Source: Kudoa neothunni
Lineage: Eukaryota; Animalia; Cnidaria
NCBI GenBank assembly: GCA_964304625.1
Contig: OZ199840.1
Location: forward strand, 7,102,336-7,166,335
Length of the DNA stretch: 64,000 bases
Direction: 5' to 3'
This document shows, in pieces, positions 38,793 through 51,443 of the stretch (positions are counted from its first letter, which is position 1; each line of letters opens with the position of its first letter). Under the pieces are notes generated by a model. It was not told where the DNA came from. It saw only the letters and a list, made by a program, of their open reading frames with translations, and did no database searches. The position numbers and the translations under genes are program-made.

Positions 38793-41700
38793 CAGACAAT
38801 GCCCATTCGTGTGTTCGTTCGTGTCATGAGCGAACGAAGTTTTCTTCATAATTATAAACACGAGCGAAACACGAATGAACTTTTCTGATCTTAAAATTTT
38901 TGACACGAAACACGAACGAAACCATTCGTGCATTTCGTGTGCGAGGATGGTGATGAAGTATGTGGTGTAGCGGACGAGGGTCAAACACACATGTAATCTC
39001 CATATTTTTTCAACAAACACTGAATTTTTTTCGTTTCTTTCTTAGTTATTAATGAGAAAGTTATTTATTATTACTATTTTGATTTTTTACTATTGTTATA
39101 TAACGATTTTATATGGACTAACTTTAAATATAAACGTATTGCGTGTGTCACAAAAAGATCTCATTTTTTACCATAATGAAAATGCTTTTCGAATTTTAAA
39201 AAATAAATATTGATTTCGTACGATTTTTATTATTAAACTTCAGAAACCAAATTTTTTAAAATGACAATAAAAAACTGTTTTACATTGCAGTATTTGTATT
39301 ATATTGAAAAAAAAATATTGAGCTATATTTTAATCGTTTTGTAAGTTTTTGTGTATGTCAAAATTTGTAACAACAAATTCGGGCCAATGTACGAATTGAG
39401 AATATTACTAGGTGTAAACCCAATATTTTAACTAAGGTTATTATTTTGATCTATACACGTATAATCGACTAAAACTAATGAATGTATAGAAACAACAATT
39501 TTTTGATTTCTAATAACAACATTTTTAATTTTATCGAATGTTATACTAAACACACACGTAAAAATTCCTCTAATAAAGTAATAACTTCATATAATCAACC
39601 TTTAATTATTTACCTATTGAAATTAAATGTTTATCTAAAATATAATGTTTATTTATTTTTAAAAAACTCATCAGTTCTAAGAATATTAAGAAAATGCATT
39701 TTGAGAGTACGTAGTTGTCCTCGTTTTTGAACTATTCGTAATTAAAACTAATAAAAACATGTATAAATAAATCTGGTATTGTATAATTTATGTTTATATG
39801 CTAAAAAATATGAAGAATAACCAACTTATGAGTGATTATCAAAACGAATTAGACAACAATTCAATGTTTGTTGAAAAGAGATGGAGATTGCACGTGTGTC
39901 CACCAGCGTTCGGATGACAAATTCTTAAAATTAAGAAGATATTATTTTGTTTTATTATAGATAATCATGAAAAAAAGATATTCGAATAACATGCACAAGC
40001 GGGCGTTTTTAGGTGGCGCATACTTTACCATTACCGAAAAGATCTTAGATATGAAATTAATATTAAATTTTAAGCGAAGAAAAATATGAGGCATTGAATG
40101 TAAGCAATTACGATCTTTACCTTGATTTACTGGAATTTTTGAGATGTGTTACCTCATGTCATAATTTCATATTTTATTACCAAATACAAATTTGATATCA
40201 GTTTTTTTTAAAAGATAATCAAATTAATTTAGGAAACAGAACCTCGTTATATTAAGTTCCGCTATAGTCAAATCTACCTAAACATTTTTTAGAATGATAA
40301 AAATACTTTCAAACCCTAATTTTATAAGTCTAATAGTTAGAAGTGAATTTTTGAAGTGGCTAAGTTAGGTCTGTTCAGTTTTCTTTTGAGATAGTGAAAA
40401 ATAAAACATAATAAAGAGAAGGAGTGAATTAAATTCACTCCAGAAGTGTCTTATTTTTAATATTATTAGTATAAACTACTAATTTTCTTAATGTGTTCGG
40501 TTCAAGTCTATATCTAGACTTGGATAAAATTTTTCCAGCGTATGAAAACGCCCGTTCTGACATTGAGCTGGATGCTGGTCGGCTGTACATGTTAGTTGCA
40601 ATTTTTTAAGATTTTCATTCTTGAAGTTTTCCCAATAAACGAGCGGATTTTCGTAAACTTGGTTGACTTTTTCTCGGATGTACAGTTGAATTTCTGATTG
40701 AAAATCTTCTGAGGCACTATCCAGTTCATAACATATTGAGTGGGTTTTCAGAAGTTCCGAGCTCTTTGGGATTAATTCTAATTTTTTTAAATATTTGTTA
40801 CAGGAAAAGATTTACCATCAAATTTGTTTTTTTTTATATAGGTAATTTGGTTCAGCCATGCCAGACAAAAGCGACTCAACGTGATTTATCACAAAATTTA
40901 ATTCTTTATTTTGCAGACTTACACTCAATAAATTTGAATTTTTTAAAATTTGGATGGAGAAAAGCTGCGATTTTATGGTTGATATCAATACATTGTGTGT
41001 ATTTTTCGTCCAATAAACTTTCCAAATGCATACAATAATCGCCCATAAAAGTTTCACGTTGTTTTTGAATCATTGCTTTGATACGATGAAATACAATAAA
41101 CACCTAACGATAATATAAAAAACGAAACTTAAACGAATTACAAAATGTGACGATGGCCTTTTCACCTGCTCCAACTGATCAAAGAAATCGGAAAATATTT
41201 TGAAAAATTCAGCTACAACAACACATTCTTTCTTGTCCAATCCGTCAAAGTATTTTTTAGCTGGATGATTTTTTAGCACATCCTCCAAACTATCGAAACA
41301 CGCCACTAACGTCCTATATCGATCGCTGAGACCTCTCCATGGTCGCGTAGCTGAGCCCCATTGTATTTTCATTGGTAATTTGGACTGTAAATCTGCCGTT
41401 TTATGAATAAATCCGCACAGTTTGTCAACATTCACCCTTAGTATGGATAAATCGGATGTGCTGTTTGTACTAAGATCCCAAGCCACACATCATAAAAAAA
41501 TTGAAATTAGATATTATAGCGAAAGTAAAATTTATTTATAAACTTAGTGATAAAAAAGTGTAATCAATATATTAAAATACATAAATATAAACTATTTAAA
41601 TTTAGATTATAACAGTTTTATCTTGATTTTCCAAACAGAATTATGAGAGATCAAGATAGCATATCGTTAAGTATATCACTTTTACAATTATTTACTCATC

Positions 41701-42700
41701 AAAATTTTAACATAAATTTAATACATAAAATACCTTGAGATATAATAGTGTGAAGGCGGTGAGCAGCACATCTGGTTGTGTTGAACTCTCTTAGACCAGA
41801 TAGATTGTTTGCTGCGGAGTCACAAACAATTCTTAGATCAGATTTGCTAAGTGAAAATTTAATACAAAATTCCGTGCAGATTTTATTTATATTTTCGGCA
41901 GTGTGTTTTACAGGAAAATAGATCATGTCGTATTGGAAATGTTGAAGGGTGAAATTTTTAACAAACAACACTGATATATCAATGAATGAGTTGATTTTGG
42001 CATTATCAGTCCAAATATCAATGGTTAGGCACATACTATTGTGACTTATTGTTGTAATTAATTTTTCCATTTTTAAATACATGCACTCATACTCATTCAT
42101 GATTATTTTTTTAACACATTTTTTGGATAAAATCTTAAGTCTAGCACTAGGTTCATTGAACTTTTTGCCTAAGTTAAATGCGAAGTTTATCATCTCCGTA
42201 AACGATGCACTTTCTGTTATTGTAAACGGGGAGATTGTTTCAGCTACAAAATTAGCAATTTTAGTGTCAAACATTACCTGATCTGATAGGCTTAAATTAA
42301 CAATGGAGGGAGGTGAAACAAATAATTCATTAATTTTTATATTTGTATTTGTTTTAGCATGTAACTTATTATGACTAATAAGCTTCCTATTCCCGTAAGA
42401 CGACTTATGCGGGAATGCTTTGTTGCACTTTGTTGCACTTTGTGCAAACAATAAAATCAATTTGGGATGTTTCATCCCCGTTTTTAGTAAAGATGGAACA
42501 GAAATTGTCCCATTCTTTAGAACGCGTTGTAGATTTTTTCCAAGAGAAAAGTCTGCTAGTTTTCAAAGCCTCTTCAACACTTTCCACGCTCCAGCTTGAC
42601 ATAGTGTAACTAAAAGAGGGCACGAACACGAACGAAACACGAAAAAATTTTAAACGTGTAAAAAAGTGGTGCACGAACACGAACGAACGGGCATTGTCTG
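38793..42700 (-). mobile_element. hAT (hobo/Hermes-like) element with a frameshifted, intron-containing transposase
   Basis: TIRs CAGACAATGCCC / GGGCATTGTCTG, a perfect TSD ATTGTTTG, and CACGAA subterminal repeats. ATG at 42602. Motifs LTIDIWTD, VCDSAAN, CAAHRLH, AAFLHP and PASSSMSERAFS. Intron at 41141-41104. Confidence 0.93.
38955..40035. mobile_element. Partial copy of the 1.3-kb non-autonomous family nested in the hAT
   Basis: Right end AGGTGGCGCATACTTTACCATTACC. Body homologous to 27750-28894. Confidence 0.7.
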
Positions 42701-43219
42701 ATTGTTTGCTTAGCCATATCGAAACTTTTAGCTATTGGGATGGATGTGGGTTTTTGCTTTTCGTTTCATTTTTTTTGTTTCATGACACAATTCGATACAC
42801 ATAGCATAATGTCTGTTGTCTGTTGTCTGATGGATTTTTATTGATTATTCAAATGCATCCTGCGTAAACATTTGCCATGGCTGAATTTATTGGATTTGAT
42901 GGCTACTAATAGTTTCTTATCATTTGAGATTTTGAACTAAAGATATTCATCATGTTTAAATTCTTGGGGACAATATTTAGGTCGCTAAGTGAACGGGGGG
43001 GGGGGCGGATTTCGCCGGAATACATGCAATGCGCATGCGCCACTTGAAAAATTCATAAACAAGGCGTTAGAGTAAGAAAACCCCAAAAATTAAGATGAGT
43101 GTTTTGTTAATTTTTAGGTTTAAGCTACGTTCCAAATGTAAAGCTTTTCGATAGTCTCTAAAAACATTGTTTCATGATATATATCGTAATTTTGACATAC
43201 TACTTTGAGTTCATATTTT

Positions 43220-43680
43220 TCAAGGGTTTTTTCCGTGGGAATCATAAGTTGGGATGCAAAGTTTGAAAGACATATCTTGTTCTACATTTCTTTGATGTTC
43301 TTTTAATTTTTGAATAAAAGTAAGCATTCCAGGATGAGCTTGCTCAAAGCGGGAGTAGAAATGCCTGTTGAATGTCTCGGCAGAATTAGATGTCAAGTGT
43401 ACGTTTCGCATCAGTCTGTCAAAGGCATTCCATGACTTTAATGGATATTTGGGATTCACGATATAGGTTTTTTCGAAGTAACCTACAAATAAATTTATAT
43501 TGGTTATATCATTGAAATTTGGAGATTTCGTTTTAAATTTTTCAAATCCCTCCTTGATGCAATTCATTGGGACAAATGCAAGTGATGTGATACATTTTAC
43601 AAACAATTTGAAATTGACATTATGATTGTAATCTCTGGACAAACCTTAGTTTGGAATTTTCCTGTTCACATTTTATCTTA
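43220..43680 (-). pseudogene. Mutator (MULE) transposase C-terminal fragment
   Basis: Reads SLAFVP...FVGYFEKTYI...WN...TSNSAETFNRHF...HP...FIQKLK. Confidence 0.8.
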
Positions 43681-43683
43681 GAT

Positions 43684-46600
43684 CGGTGTTTCCCAACCTA
43701 TTCTTGAAAAAATATCCGTTCCTCACCTTTTTCAATAACAACGATTTTTGCTTAAATTTCTTACAACATTGAATCAAGTTTCCTTTCACATTAAAAGTTG
43801 ATGTTTAATAGAAAATTTAAAACTATTAAAACTTATTAATAAGCATTAACTTCACAGAATAGTAATTTTAAGCCTAAACATTTTTTATGGTTCTTGATAT
43901 CTTTAAGTAGGTGCAATTATATTTGTCTTTGTGTTTTCCATGAAATTACTGGGTTCTATATAAAAAAGGAAGTGGCTATTCTTACGACAACGAATATCTT
44001 TTTTCTCACTAAAGATATTTTAAATCTGAATTTGAAAACATGTTATTACATTTTTTTCCTACAAAAATTTAAGTTTTTATAAATTATTATTGCAATAAAA
44101 CTAATACATATATTTTGGCCTTATTTCGCCATTACAAGTACTAAAAATGATTAAAACCAGATCTGCATTAACATTTACGACATTCTAAAGCATTTTGGAA
44201 TCGAAAAATCATGAAAATTGTGCTAATGTAACTTCATTTGCAATGGAGGCCATTAGCCCACGTGTCAATGTTACGGTCTGGTACGGATTAATCGTTTGAA
44301 ATGGTATCACTTTATAAGATATTCACTGAAAAATAAAACTAATATTAATCAAATTTCGAAATTTTTTTAGCCAAATAGACCGAACTCAAAAAATCATATG
44401 TCATCACTTCATAATTAAGTTAACATTAAATATAAATCGAAGTATATAATTAGCAACCAATATTTGGGAAATATCATAATTAATTAACTTTTATTATCAA
44501 CTATCTATTGAAATTTTATTTTTGTTTTTTCTTCGGAAGTCCAATAGTAGTTAATCTGCTACCCCTGGGCTTTCCGACAGACTTGACTTTGGATGGAATG
44601 GGTATATCTAAAATTTTTTTATAATTAATAAAAAATTAGTTACTTTTATATGTATGATTAGTTTTTTCCTGATTCATACTTTACTAGCAAAGCTTTCAGC
44701 TAAATACATTACCATCAGTTAGTATTATGGTTAGTTTACCGTATTTTTCTTTAGTATATTCATCATCTTAGTTTAAATTATATTAATAAAATATTTTCAT
44801 TTGCGAAATACCTATGTAAGACAATTCGCTCTCAGGATTGGAGGATAGGATTTCAACGAAAGCGTTATCTTCTCTCAAATTTATTTTCACTAATATACTT
44901 ACACATTTGCAACAAATAGTAAATAACTTAGTTCATTTATAGCCGACATCATTTTCGTATCATGATTTTTAATCACACATTCAAGTCTTCTAAAAACTTC
45001 AATGGAAGTTTGAAAAAAATCCCCGCAAAATTCGGCAGATGTAGTAGTCGCCAACTTTTTTGTAAGCACTAAGGACAGTCTTAATCTTTGAGAAGGGGTT
45101 TGGATAGTGTCTTTAGAAATCACTCAAAGTTGAAAACTTTTTCACTACAGTTTTTAGTTTTGCATTAATGGATTCAATTCTGTTATTCGTTGTATTATTA
45201 TAGTGATGCTCAGCCATACTTAATCCAAGTATCCATTCCTGGTGAATGGTTAGCCAATTCTTTTTGAAATAATCATTAAGTTCCTCAACTCTGAGGTCAA
45301 AAAGTTCACAACATAGGCGGTCAAAATTTTCCTCGTTCTTGACATAAGTCATTTTTTCTAATATTTGAAGAATAAATGTTTTTGTTTCGGTTGTTATACC
45401 ATACTTTCCGACTTTTATTTCCCGCTGGAACGCTTGTAATACATGGCATTTACATAGTATCAACTTTGTGGAAGGAAATACGAAACTTAAACATTTTCGT
45501 AACAAATGATCTTTGTCAGTTATTATTGACATCGTTTCGGATCGCAACCACGGTGCAGCATCTAACAATTCGTTCAGAAACCATGTTATGGCTTCTGCTG
45601 TCTCCTCATATAAAATATAGGCACTAGTGATATGGGTTAAACCAAAAGAGTCTTGAGATGCAGTTAAATAAAGAGGAGCTCTACAAATACAGTCGTCATT
45701 TGTTATAAAATAGGGTTTTCGTCCCTTGAATCCAACAGCTTATAAGTGGCATCTATGAATAATAGCTCAGGAAAACATTCAAGAACATGGAGCATTTCGT
45801 TATCCACGAAGAAAATTCCATTGACAGAACTTTCACTAGCAAGAATTTTAACTCTGCAATTATAATCATTTTTCAATATTGTAATAACGGAGTCAATATT
45901 TTTCGGTTCGACGGTAGAAATAGTCTTTACATTATGGATAGATTTTAATGTAATTTTCTTTCAGGTTTCTTCGCTTAAATTACATTGAATTAACCTTTTA
46001 TTTGCTCTTAATGATATTAACTCCGATATCATTGGATCATTCAGGTTAATTCTTCTTTGTGGAGGAAGGTTTTCGAATATTCTTTGATCGCAAGAATGGT
46101 TATGGATTAAATTTAGCGATTTCACCTCCAAAAAGTTACCGTCCACAGTGCTCCAGAGCGAGATACTAAATGGGCATTTCTTCTTAAATGATAATTTGTT
46201 TCTATCTCCATTGCTTTTGCGTTTGTAAGGAACACCAAAGAAACACACGTAATTAATGTCATAATAAACCAACTGAGAATTTATGGATCTGTTTACTCTT
46301 CGTTGTGCATTTGAAATTTTTCTCGAATGTCTAATTTTTAAATTGCAAAAATGTTTTTCTTCGTATTCTTTCACTTTAATTTGTAACTTTTCATACGAAT
46401 CAAATTTCATTCCAATAAAGAAGTCAGCAGACTGTTCACAATCCATGATTTCCATAATACTGCGCAACATAACGTTTTTACTTTAACACGTTTTGGGATA
46501 TTAACAGACTCGAAAACAAATTGTTAATATATGTAATGAATTACTAGTAAATATTATATTTTTTTAAGATAATTAATATTAGCAGGTTTTATCTTTTTGT

Positions 46601-49130
46601 TAAAATTATGTCGTATAATTTTGTGATGTAGGAAATAATCATTTTATCTAATTTTTAAGACAATAATATTAATAAAATTTATTTAATATAATTATTATGA
46701 AATACAATGAACCTCACTATCTTTCCAGATACTTAACCCGAAAAATATATATCATTTTGAACGAAATAATAGGCAGTTATTATGTCGCTATACTCACCAA
46801 GATACATAAAGTATGTTTTAAACAAATAGAACAAATTAGATTATTAATTTTAAAAATAAGCTTTTAAAATTGCATTTTGGATCTAAATGTAATTAAAATG
46901 TGATGTAGTTCGTTACGCAATAATCGAATGAAGTTACATTAGCACAATTTTCATGATTTTTCGATTCAAAAATGCTTTAAAATGTCGTAAATGTTAATGA
47001 AGATCTGATTTTAATCATTTTTGGTACTTGTAATGGCGAAATAAGCCCAAAATATATGTATTCGTGTTATTGCAATAATAATTTATAAAAACATAAATTT
47101 TTGTAGGAAAAAATGTAATAACATGTTTTCAAATTCAGATTTAAAATATCTTTGGTAAGAAAAAAGATATTCGTTGTCGTAAGAATGGCCAATGCCTATA
47201 AAAAATCTCCAACAATATTAAATATTTAAAATTCTTAATTGCGCAAAATAAACAACATTATAAAAAAATTCAAAGCAAATAAAAATACATATAGAGTTTC
47301 ATAAAAAAATATATATTTATAAATTTTTAAAACAAAGTAATTTTAATACCTAGAACCGTTCAATGAGAACTCTGGTCTTGATGCAAGTAGCACAAATTCA
47401 TAATACACGGGAAAATTTTCGACAATTTAAGCCGCAGATCAGATCTCCTCGCTTTGTTATATCAAGACGATTTTATTTATTATCTAACAATGCTTCAACT
47501 GAGCTAAATCCGCATTCCACTAAATATGATGATGGACAAGGAAGCAAAAACTCTTTTGCACACGAAGAAATCTTTGGATATATCTTTTCAGCCTCGTCTG
47601 AAAACCACATCTTCATGCCCTTCAGCTTAAATAACACTTTGATACTCGCATTATTTTTTAATTTGAATAATTCCTGTTGATACTCCAACTCAGCCTCAGG
47701 AATATCAGCCAATAACGGTTGGGTTAACCGGCTCGGGAAGATCAGTGTTTTTAAGTCATCAAACCTGTCATTAAACTCCATAATTAGAGTATTCATATGA
47801 TCGATATTTACGGTAAATGCATTATAAGAAATCTCACACTTATTTAACCAGTAAAAATAGTAAAAGTTACACTGGATCACATTTTTCGATATACTTCTAG
47901 TGTCATGATATATCCGAAGATTTTTGTTTTGGCATCGATAACTGTAATATTTTCTCCTCAGAGTGAAATATTCAAATTTGCAAGTTTTTCAAAAATATCT
48001 GTCAAATAACTGACAAAAACTCTCCCATCATTAGTTAATAAACATCTCCTCTCTAGTTCATTGTTGAGATGTTCGCAAGGTGATCAAATAATTGCATATA
48101 TCTTTTCAGACAAGTTCCACTTGATAGCCACCTCACTTCCGTGTATAACAATAAACGAACATAGTCAACATTCTGGTCATTACAAAATTCTTTGAATATG
48201 CGTTCAGTGTTGGGGTTCGTCTTGATGTGATTGACACATCTGACTACATTCTGTAAGTTTCGTTGAGAACGGGAGACAAATTCTTCGCAACCATATGCTC
48301 TCGATGAATTACACAATGTACTTTTATCGTATTTGGATTCTCATCCTTCAATAATTTTAACCTCCCATTTTTCGCCCTCATTATAGCTAGCGCACCGTCA
48401 GCTACACATGACAATATATTAGAAAGTGGTATTTCATTTGAATCCAAATAATTCTTAACTTTGGCATGAATGTCTCTCGCAGTTGTTGAAATTTCTAATG
48501 GTTTGCAGAATAAAATTTCTTCGTAAAAGCCTCATCTTCAATGTACCTTACATAAGCTAATGGCAAAGCTTCGCTCTCCCTGATTGTTGATTCGTCCAGT
48601 TGTAAAGAAAATTTTCGGGATTTCAACTTTTCAATTAGTTGGATCTCGACATCTTTTGCCATTTCGTTTATTCTGGATGAGACAGTGTTATTGTTGGGTG
48701 GCATTACCCTAACATGTGCATCATCTTTTTGTTGAACAGTTTCCAAAAAAATAGAAATAGCAGGTTTAATAAGCTTTTCTTCAATCGTATGGTTCTTGTC
48801 ATTTTTAGCAATTAACAACGATACTCCGTAGCCAGCTTGCAGGGTACGGTCATAAAGTGTACTTTGGGAGTTGAAGAGGGATGAAACTTTGGCTTGTTTT
48901 TGGAAATGTTCTTTTAGAGATTCAAAATATTCCAAGCCCGAGTTCACGTTAATGGAGTGTTTTACTTTTAAATGTGATTCCAATCTACCTGCCTCCATTG
49001 ACTCATTACTCAGTAACTGGTGGCAAAGCAAACAGAAAGGCCTTGTCGCATCGTTACCATCAGGAATAAATCCCAATTTCAAAAATTCTTCGGAATATTG
49101 GCGAATTTTTCTCTTCCTTATGGTACTCAT
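43684..49130 (-). mobile_element. hAT Buster/Charlie (ZBED8/SCAND3-like) transposase pseudogene, interrupted by a MULE
   Basis: ORF pieces 49130-47363 contain RQYSEEFLKLGF, FSLQLDEST, ADGA, HCVIHRE, TEVRWLS and PSSYLVECGFS. A Charlie-type end CGGTGTTTCCCAACC lies at 43684. The other end was not found. Confidence 0.85.
43974..47190 (-). mobile_element. Mutator element with about 265-bp TIRs and a FAR1/ZSWIM3-like transposase pseudogene
   Basis: 43974-44238 is inverted at 46927-47190. ORFs 46470-44899 contain GMKFDSYE...CPF.I...HNH, FIDATYKL, ITDKD...LCKCHVL and TTNNRIESIN..LK. No TSD seen. Confidence 0.88.
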
Positions 49131-50299
49131 TGTTATACTATGGTGTATGTCGATTAAACAGCGAAATCAAACACGTTCAGTCGAAGTAGTTTTGTTGATG
49201 TTCACAGTCCATTCCTTTAGCGGTGTGAAATATTATTGTTGAATACAATATTCAGAAAGAATATTCGCTGGTACTCAATAATACTTTCATCCTTTACAAA
49301 AGGAGTTCTCAAATGTTCTTTAAATTTATCACCTAAAATTGGAAATTATATTAATTTCTATTTTATGATTTGATTCTGCTTCAGCTAGGGCAGCGTTTCC
49401 CGATTCATTTTAGTTCCCCATCTCGTACCACTTACAAGGACAACTCCGCGCCTCTTTTCAAAAAAGAGATTTAACTTGGATATATTTTCAGGTGTGGAAA
49501 ATAAAAAGAAAAATTTGTTGAAAATGGGGTCTAATTTAACGAGAAAACAAATATATTTAAACTGATTATAAATGAAATGTTTCATATTTTTTTCTTGTCT
49601 TTTTGGGCAATAATTAGGTCACAATGGTGCTCTACATCAGATAATAATACGTATAAATCATAATTTGTAAACGAACTAGATATGTTAATACTTGTGTGTA
49701 AAATATCAGATGTGAATAATTGAACTTATGCGAAATTTTTGATTATGTAGTTTTTTGTTTGAATATAATTTAAAAATTAAATAAGGAAAATAGACTTGTG
49801 CCCTTATCTCAAGTACAAAGTTTTGGTAATGGTGGAGTGTGCAGCTTCCATTTTTCACCCTCTTGCGCGTGTCTGACAATCCCGATTTTATTTTAAACCA
49901 ATTATTCACTATTTTAAACTTTTGGTCGAACAACAATTCACCTCATAATTAACTTCTAAAAATTTTGTTAAAATTTACATTCGGCTTCAATCGGTGCGTG
50001 TGCATGTGAATGCGCAAGGTAGTTTTGTTCTGTTTTCCATATGAATTTAACATATTACTCATGATTAAGCGTGTTTTTGCCTTGTTTTAAATTTCCAATA
50101 TGTTTATACCACCATTATTTCAACAAATTTAAATCTTTCTGTCAACCCAATTGAAAACATTTCCGCGTTAACCGCATCACTTCGATTATGCCAATTTCTT
50201 AGTAACACTCCAAGAAGAAACTTTTTATAGATTTCTCCCTCAAATTTTTGTTTTTACCCAAAATTCACTCGAATACATGTATAATTTATTTTATGAACT

Positions 50300-51240
50300 C
50301 CCAATAATTAACGTATTTTTTATTTGAACCAAAACATAAATAACAAATTTTTACATTTTCAAGTTAGTTTTCATTGTAGTTAACACGACATTTACCAAAC
50401 CTTCGTTATGGTGTTTATCAGTAGCCAGCGCCGATTTTACATTTTACTCAGCAACGAGAAACTAACAAATTTGTTAATTAACAAAAACCTTATCCGAATT
50501 CCTACAAGATGCAGAACAGTTAGCTTGGCACAATTATCTGGAAAAACGATTACATATTGGTTTTCCGAATTTCGGATGATTTAAACTGAATCGTTTTATT
50601 TTTGCGTTCAAAATTTGGTGGCCTACAAAAGTTATCGATATTGACGAATGTCTCCTAAGGGGGAAGCGAAAAAATAATCGTGGACGATATTTGGCATAAG
50701 GTTGGTTGAGAAGCGTTCCTAATGAAACCTATATTTCATCTGAATCGGAAAATGACGAAATCGAAAGCTGTGAAAATTCCTACACTGTTGAGCGTTATGG
50801 TAATCGTATCGAAGGGCCTTGGGTGGTCGGGATATGCGAATGCTCCGTCGACAATGATAGCAAAAGAAATCTATTAGAATCAAGATTTTTATTGTTCAAA
50901 GAAGGGATGCGAGTGCATTGATATCATTAATACGTCAAGAAGTTGAGCCTGGTTCCACGATCTTTATTTACTGATGAATGGAAAGCATATCAAACCCTTG
51001 GAAAGTATGGATTTACCCATAAAATGTTAACCATTCCAAGAAATATGTCACAAGAGAAGGTTACCACAAATATACAGTGGAAGTTGTGTAGCACCATCTT
51101 AAGACCAAATTATTACGACGGGTGAGTGGTGCCCCCAGAGCGTATCTTGATTCATATCTTCACGAAGAATGTATGCGATCGAAGTTCAGCAATAAATGGG
51201 AATTTTTTGATTTTATTTTAAATTCGATAAATACACTCTA
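50300..51240 (+). pseudogene. Merlin (ISXO2-like) transposase remnant
   Basis: Reads IDIDECLLRGKRKNNRGRYL, YGNRIEGPWVVGI and FTDEWKAY. Same subfamily as the fragment at about 2430. Confidence 0.8.
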
Positions 51241-51443
51241 GCCTATCTCTTAGAATTAATTGAATAATAATTCCACTTTTTTGGTTTTTTTTAATTTGCT
51301 TCTTATTCTATGCGCATTGCTAAATTGAAAATAAATATATTTAAATTGAGTTTTATAATCTACTCTATATTCTTGAATTATTTTTAAACGAAATCATTGG
51401 TTACTCTAATATTAGCTTTTTAACCTCATAAGAATGTAATAAT

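Noticed and set aside
38470-42990. LINE-like remnant forming the target of the 38793-42700 hAT
   Set aside because: It looks coding-derived but has no diagnostic motif that I could read with confidence.
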